A DNA stretch of 64,000 nt from Candidatus Saccharimonadales bacterium (GCA_041906765.1 JAYRIP010000005.1:1581-65580); one strand, 5' to 3'. Shown: positions 18,794-27,492, counted from the stretch's first letter. Notes: a model not told the origin generated them from the letters alone. Numbers and translations are program-made.

Positions 18794-20662
18794 TTAGTAA
18801 AGTGTTGCTGCTTTTGGCAACACAGACCCTTTGAGAATACTTTCTACCTCGTCAGCTTCGACGGTCTCTTTTTGAAGTAATCGGTCCTTCAGTTTCTCTA
18901 ACAAATGCTGGTTGGATTTCACAACAGCGCGGGCACGTTGGGCCGCTTCAGTAATCAAGTTTTCCACTTCATCGTCAATTATCTTGGCAGTTTCATCGGA
19001 ATATTGTCGTTCATGTACGAGACGGTCAAGCATTAATCCTTCATCAACATGGAACACCTGATCCCGCAGTTTTTTACCCATACCTTGATTAATCACCATA
19101 TCCCTGGCAAGTTCGGCCGCTTTTTGCAAATCGTTACCCGCACCTGTAGTAATACGATCTTTGCCATATACTACTTCTTCGGCAATTCGGCCTCCTAACA
19201 TACGCGCTAAGATGTCCTTGTACTCAATTACTGAGTGGTAGCTCTTGTCATCGGGTGGAATAAACCATGTAACCCCACCTGTTCCGCCACGCGGAATGAT
19301 TGTCACTTTGTGCACCATATCACTATCAGGTAAGACGTGTCCGACCACTGCGTGTCCAGCTTCATGATATGCGGTCAACTCTTTTTCTTTGTCGCTCATA
19401 ATCTTACTCTTTCGTTCAGGGCCCAGTGCCACTTTCTCGAATGCATTTGTCACGTCTTCTTGCGTAATTTCACGCCGGCTATTTCGGGCAGCGATAATTG
19501 CTGCTTCATTTGCAATATTCGCGAGATCCGCACCAGATGAGCCCGCGCTCTTGCCGGCCAGTGCGTCCAAATCTACATTTTTTGCTACCGGTTTTTTGGC
19601 AAAGTGGACTTTTAGTATGGCTTTTCGATCCTTGCGATCTGGTAAGCCAATATTGACTCGGCGATCAAACCGTCCAGGCCGCAACAGTGCTGGATCGAGT
19701 ACATCTGAACGGTTTGTAGCAGCCAACACAATCACATTGGTACCTTGCTCAAAACCGTCCATCTCAACGAGTATCTGGTTTAAGGTCTGTTCACGCTCAT
19801 CATGTCCACCACCCATACCTGAGCCTCGCCGACGGCCAACTGCATCAATTTCGTCGATAAAAATAATACACGGGGCGTTTTTTTTCGCTTTGGCGAAAAG
19901 ATCTCTCACGCGACTTGCGCCTACCCCGACAAACATTTCTACGAATTCTGAGCCTGAGATGCTAAAGAACGGCGCATTTGCCTCACCGGCAACTGCACGA
20001 GCCAACATGGTCTTACCAGTCCCCGGCGGGCCAACCAATAACACTCCCTTTGGCACCTTTGCGCCGACACTCTCAAACTTTTTAGGGAAACGCAAAAACT
20101 CTACTACTTCTTGAAGGTCAATCTTTGCCTCATCACTGCCAGCAATATCCCTAAAGGTAATCTTGTCTTTCTCATTACCGTAAAGGCGTGCTCTACTTTT
20201 TCCGAAACTCAGAGCTTGATTGCCTTGACCCTGCGCGCTTCTTAACATAAAGAACAATACGAGACTAATCAGTAACACCGGTAATATAGAAATGCCTATG
20301 TTTGCCCAGGTTGAACCAGCATTTGACTCTGGTTTGACAACAACTTCAACTTCACGGTTTGTCAGCCCCTGTTCGTAAATACTCGAACCAGGTTCTTTGC
20401 GGGATTTTTCTGAAGGCTTGTCTTCGTTCTTCTTGGTTATCTCCAGACTGTCACCTTTTACAATGATCTGCTTAATTTCGCCATTATTGGCCCGATGGAT
20501 GACATCCGAAAAAGCAGTTTCTTTAAGGTTAGATTGCTGACCCATGGCAGCAAAAATCACAAGGCCAATTAATATAACCAAAGCAATAAAGCCGAAGTTC
20601 TTAAAGCTACGTCGGCCGTTTCCTCCCTGTGACTGGTTAACACGAAACGGTTTCTTATCCAT
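18794..20662 (-). CDS. ftsH: ATP-dependent zinc metalloprotease FtsH
   Basis: Walker A GPPGTGKT, Walker [13 protein letters not shown] region and zinc motif HEAGHAV, with two N-terminal TM helices. Confidence 0.97.
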   Translation of the reverse strand: MDKKPFRVNQSQGGNGRRSFKNFGFIALVILIGLVIFAAMGQQSNLKETAFSDVIHRANNGEIKQIIVKGDSLEITKKNEDKPSEKSRKEPGSSIYEQGLTNREVEVVVKPESNAGSTWANIGISILPVLLISLVLFFMLRSAQGQGNQALSFGKSRARLYGNEKDKITFRDIAGSDEAKIDLQEVVEFLRFPKKFESVGAKVPKGVLLVGPPGTGKTMLARAVAGEANAPFFSISGSEFVEMFVGVGASRVRDLFAKAKKNAPCIIFIDEIDAVGRRRGSGMGGGHDEREQTLNQILVEMDGFEQGTNVIVLAATNRSDVLDPALLRPGRFDRRVNIGLPDRKDRKAILKVHFAKKPVAKNVDLDALAGKSAGSSGADLANIANEAAIIAARNSRREITQEDVTNAFEKVALGPERKSKIMSDKEKELTAYHEAGHAVVGHVLPDSDMVHKVTIIPRGGTGGVTWFIPPDDKSYHSVIEYKDILARMLGGRIAEEVVYGKDRITTGAGNDLQKAAELARDMVINQGMGKKLRDQVFHVDEGLMLDRLVHERQYSDETAKIIDDEVENLITEAAQRARAVVKSNQHLLEKLKDRLLQKETVEADEVESILKGSVLPKAATLY

Positions 20663-20713
20663 GTAACGATGTATATTATACAGACCGTGTTTTAAGAATA
20701 CTATTCAGGCTTA

Positions 20714-21589
20714 TCACTCAAGCACTAAACTGTTATGAGTAATTTTCAAATGGTGCTGTCCGTCAATATCCATAGATTTACCTGGAGCATACGTTTTTGC
20801 CGCTGACACCAGACGTTCAATCATTGGTCGATTTAGTCCGCCTACACTTAGATTACGTAGCCAACCTGCCATTACTTCACGAGCAACAGCATGCGGCAGC
20901 ATAATGAATGTATGGCGGTCCAACACTCTAATACCCGGCTGAAGATGGAGATAGTGGGTAATCTGTTCATCAATCATGCCGTTTGTTTTGGTAATTGCAT
21001 CAACGTGTCGTGTCAGCTCTTTTTTTGCCTCATCATTAAACATGGGCAATATGACATGACGCACATAATTACGTAAATACCGCGTATCAGTATTTGTCGG
21101 ATCTTCTCTCCACACGAGTCCTTGTATTTTTGCGTAATCCACTAACTGTTTTTTGGTGATACGTAATAGTGGACGCATGACACTTGCCCGAGACTGCATT
21201 GGGCTCAATCCTTTACGACCGGTTCCTCGGATGAGATTAAGGACAACTGTCTCCAGCACATCATCATAATGATGTGCAGTTAGTATATGCGAGGCACCCG
21301 TTGCACGACGAACTGTTTGCAAGAACTCATAACGTGCTTGGCGAGCCACTGCCTCACTTGTTCCCAGACCTAATTTGCCTTCATGATACACAAAAGGCAG
21401 CCCTATATTTCGAACAGTTTCTTGCACAAACAAGCGGTCTTTCTTTGAGTCAGAACGCATGCCATGATCAAAATGTGCAACAGTAAGTTTCAGTTTTGAG
21501 TCATTACGCAGCATATGCAATAAAGCCATCGAGTCTACTCCACCCGATACTGCCACCACATGCCTGCCTGGTGGAACCGTAAAGTTCAT
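20714..21589 (-). CDS. tilS: tRNA(Ile)-lysidine synthase TilS (short form)
   Basis: PP-loop SGGVDS at the N-terminus and the classic position immediately upstream of ftsH. Confidence 0.85.
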   Translation of the reverse strand: MNFTVPPGRHVVAVSGGVDSMALLHMLRNDSKLKLTVAHFDHGMRSDSKKDRLFVQETVRNIGLPFVYHEGKLGLGTSEAVARQARYEFLQTVRRATGASHILTAHHYDDVLETVVLNLIRGTGRKGLSPMQSRASVMRPLLRITKKQLVDYAKIQGLVWREDPTNTDTRYLRNYVRHVILPMFNDEAKKELTRHVDAITKTNGMIDEQITHYLHLQPGIRVLDRHTFIMLPHAVAREVMAGWLRNLSVGGLNRPMIERLVSAAKTYAPGKSMDIDGQHHLKITHNSLVLE

Positions 21590-21606
21590 CTTATAATTTT
21601 AACAGT

Positions 21607-22116
21607 ATGCGTAAGCTGTATTTTATTCGACACGGACAGAGCACCTTAAATGCCCTTGGATTATTCTCGGGGCATTCTGATCCACCCCTGACACCACTCG
21701 GACGTGATCAAGCGAAGAAAGCCGGACAGGAAGCTATAGCTCTTAATATTGATCTTATTGTTAGCTCGCCACTTTCCCGCGCTTTAACTACGGCACAGAT
21801 TATTGCGACTGAAGTCAGGTATCCTCACGAAAAAATTATCACGCATGAGGCACTTATGGAAAGAAACTTTGGAACACTCGAGAAACAACCTTACCGGCCA
21901 CAAATGCACGTAAAACATACCGAGTTTGAAGCAGAGACTGATGATCTGTTAATAGAACGTGCAAAAGCAGTACATAAGTGGCTGCAAGAACAACCGGCAG
22001 AGATTATTTTAGTAGTCGGCCATGGAGGAATTGGCCGAGCGTTACGATATACCGTTAAACCAGAGGCTGATTTTTATGAGCCGCTCGCCAACGCGTCCCT
22101 CGTAAGGTGGCTCTAA
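21607..22116 (+). CDS. histidine phosphatase family protein (phosphoglycerate mutase-like)
   Basis: RHG motif (LYFIRHGQS) and a C-terminal GHGG catalytic-His region. Confidence 0.8.
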   Translation: MRKLYFIRHGQSTLNALGLFSGHSDPPLTPLGRDQAKKAGQEAIALNIDLIVSSPLSRALTTAQIIATEVRYPHEKIITHEALMERNFGTLEKQPYRPQMHVKHTEFEAETDDLLIERAKAVHKWLQEQPAEIILVVGHGGIGRALRYTVKPEADFYEPLANASLVRWL

Positions 22117-22163
22117 ATAATATATCTTCATTATTTTGACAAATTAGTGTAAAACATTAATTG

Positions 22164-22769
22164 ATGAGTGAAGAGTTCCCTTCTAACTATTTAATGGAAG
22201 AATTGGCTTGCCCTAGTGAACTTCCGGATATCACATACACGAAGCAAGTAGCCAGTTACGTAATAGGAATGCACGAAGAACTTCCACAGATAACTTCCAC
22301 TACCGAAGTTAAACTTGCTCAAAACGCACTACGACTAATCACATCCGACCCCAACAATGTCCATGACCAAAGAGGTGTATCGAGAATCGAGAAAAACAAA
22401 ACCATGAAAACCCGTTTCCAGGAAGTGAATGAAAATATCACCAATGCTGGTAGTCCAGTTTACCGAAGACTCAAGTTTGACCTAACCAAGCATCGTATTA
22501 GCACACAACCATTAGACGAATCGTGGAGAGAGTCTGCTGCCTGTAAGGGAATGGATGTAGAGATCTTCTATGATTCCGATAATAGAGAGAAAATAAAAGA
22601 AGCACTAAAGGCATGCAAAGCCTGTGAGGTACGCGCGGAGTGTCGCAAGTATGCAGAAGATGCAGATATAGAATGGGGTATTTGGGCCGGGGATTTAAAG
22701 GTACCAGATGGTAAGATACCAAAAAACTTTACTCGAATTAAAGAAGAAGTAGAAAAAGATCAAGAGTAA
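22164..22769 (+). CDS. WhiB-like (Wbl) Fe-S transcription factor domain protein with long N-terminal extension
   Basis: The C-terminal 70 aa carry the full Wbl signature: C-x25-C-x2-C-x5-C (AACKG...ACKACEVRAEC) followed by the turn motif WGIWAG and a basic tail. About 125 aa of unmatched N-terminal sequence precede it. Confidence 0.8.
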   Translation: MSEEFPSNYLMEELACPSELPDITYTKQVASYVIGMHEELPQITSTTEVKLAQNALRLITSDPNNVHDQRGVSRIEKNKTMKTRFQEVNENITNAGSPVYRRLKFDLTKHRISTQPLDESWRESAACKGMDVEIFYDSDNREKIKEALKACKACEVRAECRKYAEDADIEWGIWAGDLKVPDGKIPKNFTRIKEEVEKDQE

Positions 22770-22941
22770 GCCTTAAATCCTAGGCTTCTGAATTAAACGC
22801 CAGAAAATAATATAAATAAACAGGGCTTTCATTCAGGGTATCTCATAGCAAAAATGACTCAGTGAGATTCAATTAGTAAATTAGCGTGCCTTTGACGAGA
22901 TGAAACTAAAGTTAAATGTACACTAATAGCCTTCTGGCCGT

Positions 22942-23520
22942 TTAAGCGGCAGAACTTGAACCGCGGTGTCTTAGTGACAATAAGGTCATGCTTCCGTCAA
23001 AAAACATGAAGTAAATTGGGAAGATTATTAGCTTAGCAGGTTGGCTGCCACTGGCCATGACACTAAGAATGCTTGCAATAAAGAATAATGACCAGAAACC
23101 TGTACTCTCGCTACTAGGCTTTTCCCAAACACGTTTATATGTTGGTACAGCACCTACGAAGTGAGCGAATAGGCTTATAGCTACGCTTACAAGCGGAGCT
23201 TTAAACGTAATCCATACAAGTCCACTAATTACCAGAATTGCTAAGCAAATATACTCTAATTTACCTATATCCCTAGTGCCTTTCCAGAAGCTTGTTAGAC
23301 AAATTGTTGCGTTTCCAAGTAAGAATATGCCCGCCAACAACATCGAAGGCTTTGTACTATTGCTGACAACCACACCTGCGAAACTTATAACAGCAAGGAG
23401 TAACCAAACAACTCTACTAAAAACACTCGGAGCATACTTGCCGTTTAGCATTTCTTTCAAACCGACCAAGTAAGAAGCACAACCAAATAGCACGATGAGA
23501 ATATAAAGAGTCTTTTCCAT
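22942..23520 (-). CDS. integral membrane protein (about 6 TM), hypothetical
   Basis: 192-aa hydrophobic ORF with no recognisable motif. Confidence 0.5.
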   Translation of the reverse strand: MEKTLYILIVLFGCASYLVGLKEMLNGKYAPSVFSRVVWLLLAVISFAGVVVSNSTKPSMLLAGIFLLGNATICLTSFWKGTRDIGKLEYICLAILVISGLVWITFKAPLVSVAISLFAHFVGAVPTYKRVWEKPSSESTGFWSLFFIASILSVMASGSQPAKLIIFPIYFMFFDGSMTLLSLRHRGSSSAA

Positions 23521-23665
23521 TAGCTATATCATAATCATAACAAAAGAGTTGTTCTGTTCTGCGAGAGGATTCGCAGAACAGGAGAGGAAGAAACATGCAG
23601 AACCAACCTAAAAAGGCGCCACTGGATTGCGCGTTTTTATAGGTTGGTAGTAATGATTTCTGACG

Positions 23666-23686
23666 TGGTAGCAGCGGCAGGGATTG
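23666..23686 (-). repeat. 21-nt exact copy of the 3' end (T-loop to CCA) of the tRNA at 23858-23934; att-like distal repeat
   Basis: TGGTAGCAGCGGCAGGGATTG occurs identically at 23666-23686 and 23858-23878. The flanking bases differ on both sides. Confidence 0.8.
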
Positions 23687-23820
23687 CCCACGTTCCGCGG
23701 GCCCGAAACTTCACTATTGAAAACAAGTTTTCATCGGAAGGTTTCCTTGCGGAATGCCACAGGCATTCCTCACCTGGCGACCTCTACTCGGTCGCAGAAC
23801 CAGTCCTACTTATGAAAACA

Positions 23821-23857
23821 GGGCCCAGTGACAACTATAAAAGTTGTCTTCGGGCCC
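23821..23857 (-). terminator. intrinsic terminator-like hairpin immediately 3' of the tRNA
   Basis: On the minus strand: GGGCCC-GAA-GACAACT-TTTAT-AGTTGTC-ACT-GGGCCC followed by TGTTTTC. Confidence 0.6.
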
Positions 23858-23934
23858 TGGTAGCAGCGGCAGGGATTGAACCTGCGACCTCGGGCTTATG
23901 AGTCCCGCGCTCTAACCGACTGAGCTACGCTGCC
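23858..23934 (-). tRNA. tRNA with CAU anticodon, elongator type (Ile2/lysidine-type favoured over Met), CCA encoded
   Basis: Manual cloverleaf: GGCAGCG-TA-GCTC-AGTCGGTTA-GAGC-G-CGGGA-CTCATAA-GCCCG-AGGTC-GCAGG-TTCAATC-CCTGC-CGCTGCT-ACCA. Y11:R24 marks an elongator. The GAGCGC...CUCAUAAG...GAGGUC context resembles E. coli tRNA-Ile2. Confidence 0.9.
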
Positions 23935-24489
23935 TTAAGGTTGAATCGCATCGGAGATGCCATCAGGTTGGGAATATAGCATACTTCGGACTGCGGTTTC
24001 CAGTGCAGGCAGTTTAGCTGCGCTCTGCACTACCGCTGCAGCCATTTCATGATATGCAGGCTTCGTTGGAGGTTCGATGCGCCGATCTGCATGAAGACGA
24101 CGGTGGCTGGCTTCACATAGTATCTGCTTATTCTCGGGGAGCTCCCTATAGGCAACTTCTACGGGTTGACGATAGTCATTTCTCGGCCAGTATTCATGAT
24201 GCTCGGTTAAACATTCTGGCATTCGTTCGCAGCCATCACAACCGATGTTCCTACTTTCGCCCTGCTCCGCCACCAGTTTTTTTGCAACCGGTGTTACGCG
24301 TATTGTTCCTTTTTTCATTAAAAAACGGCCTAAATGTGAGGCCGCGTCTTTGGTGGGGAGTCTTCCTTCTTCATTGAGCCGCAAAAGGCGCCGCGCAAGC
24401 CCGACAAATTCTTCATGTCGGCGCTGAAATGGCGGTCCACCTTGTTTACGAGCTCTTTCCATACTTCCCCCGTAACTTGTGGTCGTCAT
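23935..24489 (-). CDS. HNH endonuclease domain protein
   Basis: The HNH pattern is readable: CDGC...EHHEYWPRNDY...N..ILCEASHRRLH. The stop codon directly abuts the tRNA 5' nucleotide. The gene looks GC-richer than its surroundings by eye. Confidence 0.6.
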   Translation of the reverse strand: MTTTSYGGSMERARKQGGPPFQRRHEEFVGLARRLLRLNEEGRLPTKDAASHLGRFLMKKGTIRVTPVAKKLVAEQGESRNIGCDGCERMPECLTEHHEYWPRNDYRQPVEVAYRELPENKQILCEASHRRLHADRRIEPPTKPAYHEMAAAVVQSAAKLPALETAVRSMLYSQPDGISDAIQP

Positions 24490-24979
24490 AGGAGTGCTGC
24501 TCAGTGGCGCACACCCCTGTTAATAGTGTAAATTATTATGCTCTATACTTCAATCACAATAGAACACAGGCCAAGTCGGCCTGTGTCACTTTATCTGCAG
24601 TTTATCTTTATGCTAGTTATTTATTAGCTCATCAAACTGAGATATTTCTTTATTGGTAGTAGGTATGAACTCATATGCCATACCCGATAACCCGTGCATA
24701 GTTTTTTATTCCTTTTTATAAACTTATTGTTTGTTTTGCTGATCAACTAAAACATGTATTATTATACATACTTTTTTGTTATTGTCAATAATATTTTGAA
24801 TTAATGTTGTGTAATTGTGCTGTGAATGTTTTAATAAGTCTGCAGGTTCTTATTGGTTCTTAACTCACTAGATGCGGCAAACGTATTTTTTCAAAAAGTA
24901 TCGTTCTTTAGTCCGGATAGGCAGAGAGAGACAGATAAGTCGGGTCGTACTTGCTAGGTAAAAGTAAAGGAAACGATAC

Positions 24980-25282
24980 ATGTACAAACTATTCGTAGGC
25001 GGTTTGCCGTTCAGCACTACTGATGAGGAACTCTCTGATGTATTTGCACCCCATGGGACGGTAAGCTCTGCGGTCGTTATCAAAGACCGTGAGACAGGCC
25101 GCAGCAAAGGGTTTGGCTTTGTAGAGTTCGAGAATGATGAAGAAGGCAAAGCCGCTGAAAAGGCATTGCATAATTCTGATCTCGGTGGCCGTACCATTAC
25201 GGTAAACGAAGCCCGTCCCCGGGAAGATCGTCCGCGTCGCGATGCAGACGGCGGCGGATCTTTCCGTCAACGCAGCTGGTAA
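24980..25282 (+). CDS. RNA-binding protein with RRM domain
   Basis: RNP-2 (LFVGGL) and RNP-1 (KGFGFVEF) motifs with an Arg/Asp/Gly-rich tail. Confidence 0.9.
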   Translation: MYKLFVGGLPFSTTDEELSDVFAPHGTVSSAVVIKDRETGRSKGFGFVEFENDEEGKAAEKALHNSDLGGRTITVNEARPREDRPRRDADGGGSFRQRSW

Positions 25283-25301
25283 GTTACTTTCCAAATGCGA
25301 A

Positions 25302-25333
25302 AATACCCCTCTTAGTATTGAGGGGTATTTTTT
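25302..25333. terminator. bidirectional intrinsic terminator between convergent genes
   Basis: AATACCCCTC-TTAGTATT-GAGGGGTATT followed by a T-run, with an A-run on the other side. Confidence 0.75.
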
Positions 25334-25348
25334 ACGAAATATTGTGCC

Positions 25349-25741
25349 CTATTTCTGTCGTTTGTCCGTGGCTCGTGCTCCCCGCTTACCGTGCCGTTCA
25401 CGCACAACTCTTTTCTCTAATTTCTTATCACTTTTTTCTTCGGCAGCAATTAAGTCTGTCTCGCGGATACCCATTTTCTTCATCATAGCGTCAAGTTTAA
25501 TATTGATAGCCAGGTTGTCGCGGTTCTGTGTGTTTTGGATAATAAACACCATCAGGAAGGTAATGATGGTGGTACTGGTGTTAATAATCAGCTGCCAAGT
25601 GTCAGAAAATCCTAATAAGGGACCGCTTAACACCCACAACACCAACACCCCTAGAGCACTCACAAAAATCCAGGGGCGACCAAGAATTGATGAAGTGCGA
25701 GTAGTAAACCGGTTAAATATATCTTCATGCTTTTCACTCAT
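25349..25741 (-). CDS. low-affinity iron permease family protein (Fet4-like small bacterial form)
   Basis: The family-typical stretch LGRPWIF...GPLLGFSDTWQLIINTSTTIITFLMVFIIQNTQNRD is readable. Confidence 0.75.
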   Translation of the reverse strand: MSEKHEDIFNRFTTRTSSILGRPWIFVSALGVLVLWVLSGPLLGFSDTWQLIINTSTTIITFLMVFIIQNTQNRDNLAINIKLDAMMKKMGIRETDLIAAEEKSDKKLEKRVVRERHGKRGARATDKRQK

Positions 25742-25882
25742 GGCTACCCCCTTGTGCTATTGAATGATATTCGGTAAGCGAATTATGTACCTGTCAAGTA
25801 ATCCAAGCAGTAAGAAATATTACATTTTTCCTATGCCGAGGTTGTATCGTAAAATAAGTAGCATAAAGCAAAAGGAGGGTGT

Positions 25883-26284
25883 ATGAGAGGACCAATTGAC
25901 TATATTATCGTTGGTTTCGAGGGAAATAAATTTAATGGCAGCATCCTTAAAGCCCTCGGGGATGCAATAGACAGTAAAGTTATTGACTTAGTAGCCCTGG
26001 CATTGATCAGCAAAGATGCAAAAGGCAACGTGACAAAAATGGATATTGCTAACCTTGGCGATAGTTATGCTGTCGAGTTTGCCGGCAAATACCAATCAAA
26101 CAACCAACTTATCTCGGATGAAGATGTAGATGAAATGTCAGATTTGCTTGAGAATAATACCTCAGCCGGCCTATTAGTGATAGAACAACTCTGGGCAAAA
26201 CCGCTCAAAAAGGCCCTATTAGACGCAAACGGAGTATTAGTAGCAGAGGGTCGGATTCACCCCGACGCTGCAGCGGAACTATAA
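25883..26284 (+). CDS. small soluble protein, DUF6325-like (family from memory), paired with a SHOCT protein
   Basis: 133-aa ORF with a good RBS (AAAGGAGGG). It starts MRGPIDYIIVGFEG, as in proteins usually found upstream of SHOCT-domain genes. Confidence 0.4.
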   Translation: MRGPIDYIIVGFEGNKFNGSILKALGDAIDSKVIDLVALALISKDAKGNVTKMDIANLGDSYAVEFAGKYQSNNQLISDEDVDEMSDLLENNTSAGLLVIEQLWAKPLKKALLDANGVLVAEGRIHPDAAAEL

Positions 26285-26302
26285 TCTAAGAAGGAGGGAA
26301 AT

Positions 26303-26554
26303 ATGCCAGGTTTATTAAGAGGAATGGCACGTACCGCAGTAATAGCAGGAACTGCAACGGCAGTTTCTAATAATGTAAGCCGACGCCAAGCACGACGTTG
26401 GTCTGCGCAAGAGCAAGAGGCGCAACCATATCAACAAGCCGAACCCGCCAACGATATGACTGCCCAACTGCAACAACTTGCACAGTTAAAAGATCAGGGG
26501 ATTCTCACCCAGGAAGAATTCGACGCCAAAAAGAAGCAATTACTTGGAATATAA
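26303..26554 (+). CDS. SHOCT-domain protein
   Basis: C-terminal SHOCT signature LQQLAQLKDQGILTQEEFDAKKKQLLG, with RBS AAGGAGGG upstream. Confidence 0.8.
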   Translation: MPGLLRGMARTAVIAGTATAVSNNVSRRQARRWSAQEQEAQPYQQAEPANDMTAQLQQLAQLKDQGILTQEEFDAKKKQLLGI

Positions 26555-26630
26555 ATTTTGCTTTCTTTCTTGCTTGTGCTAGAGTAACCGGTTAGAGTAT
26601 GAAAAAACAAAGGTTTTACGCCTGGATAAC

Positions 26631-26654
26631 ACCTCCCGAAAGGGAGGTTTTTTC
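26631..26654 (+). terminator. intrinsic terminator
   Basis: ACCTCCC-GAAA-GGGAGGT followed by TTTTTT. Confidence 0.7.
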
Positions 26655-26713
26655 TTATCTGGAGGAGGCAACTTGAAAATGAGCTTTCTCTGTCACCCAT
26701 TCACATAACGGAA

Positions 26714-26735
26714 AGCGCCAAGAGGGCGCTTTTTT
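26714..26735 (+). terminator. second intrinsic terminator, downstream of a 9-codon mini-ORF
   Basis: AGCGCC-AAGAG-GGCGCT followed by TTTTT. It is preceded by GGAGGAGG-N10-ATG (26679) encoding MSFLCHPFT. Confidence 0.6.
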
Positions 26736-26760
26736 AAAATTAAACCATAAAGGAGAACTG

Positions 26761-27465
26761 ATGCAGCAAGAAAAGGACCAACCGATACCCCCTACAGAAG
26801 CCCAAAAAATGCAACTATGTCTAGATTATTTTTCGGCACCGGAAGCATACGAGGTTGCGCAAAGGTTTTATGGAAAATATATAGACGAGATAGAGCAGCT
26901 TGATGGTGTAGCACAGCAGGTACAGCAACACGAGAAAAAGCACCAGGAAATGAAGAGATACTACTCAAACCTGGACTCAGTCATTAACGCGGCCGAAATT
27001 AAATATATCCAAAAGGTAGATATCCAAGGTTATCCTCTAGAATTAAAAAAATTTAAAGAATGCCACCTGGGCAATAAGCACCACCTTGGCGGTGTTGCAC
27101 TTGGCGCAGTATACGCTGAGATTCGTCAACACAAACAAGAATTGCATAAGACAAAAGAAGAGATGGAAGAATCCGGCGAAATTATCTCGCATGCATTTTC
27201 TACCTATATGCAAAACAGAGTATCGGGATATACCAAGGCATCTCTGGCTGGCACAACGTATGAGTGGGATCAGGGCATCGCCATTCGCCGCAGTAAGCAA
27301 GATAAGAGTGATGTATGGCATCTCTATTGCGCGCTGCCGCTCCATCACGAATTTGCCTACAAGCATCGAACCGGCCAACTTAAAAACGCCCTGTATCCGC
27401 GGCTTGCCAATACCAAGGACTGGCGACACTTTGTAGGTAACCTATCTTTGCTTGGTACACTTTGA
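26761..27465 (+). CDS. hypothetical protein (His/Lys/Gln-rich, soluble)
   Basis: 234-aa ORF with RBS AAAGGAGAA 5 nt upstream. No motif recognised. Confidence 0.5.
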   Translation: MQQEKDQPIPPTEAQKMQLCLDYFSAPEAYEVAQRFYGKYIDEIEQLDGVAQQVQQHEKKHQEMKRYYSNLDSVINAAEIKYIQKVDIQGYPLELKKFKECHLGNKHHLGGVALGAVYAEIRQHKQELHKTKEEMEESGEIISHAFSTYMQNRVSGYTKASLAGTTYEWDQGIAIRRSKQDKSDVWHLYCALPLHHEFAYKHRTGQLKNALYPRLANTKDWRHFVGNLSLLGTL

Positions 27466-27492
27466 ATACGTATGAATACTTGATGTTATTTA

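Noticed and set aside
19389-20114. A 241-aa plus-strand ORF opposite ftsH.
   Set aside because: It lies entirely within the highly conserved AAA+ region of ftsH on the other strand. Its Ser/Pro/Ala/Arg-rich translation has no motifs, so it is an antisense artefact.
23644-23901. An 85-aa plus-strand ORF spanning the tRNA-end repeat region.
   Set aside because: It runs through the tRNA gene, its terminator hairpin and the duplicated 21-mer, and has no RBS. The region is better explained as RNA and att-like sequence.
24868-25294. Two minus-strand ORFs (109 and 101 aa) opposite the RRM gene.
   Set aside because: The plus-strand frame carries canonical RNP-1 and RNP-2 motifs, and the antisense frames have no features.
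25242-25763. A 173-aa plus-strand ORF opposite the low-affinity iron permease gene.
   Set aside because: The minus-strand frame matches a recognisable family along its full length. The plus frame crosses a bidirectional terminator and is low-complexity.
26599-26676. A 25-codon ORF (MKKQRFYAWITPPEREVFSYLEEAT) overlapping the first terminator after the SHOCT gene.
   Set aside because: There is no RBS, and the terminator hairpin lies inside the ORF. It is more likely a chance ORF in a 3' UTR.
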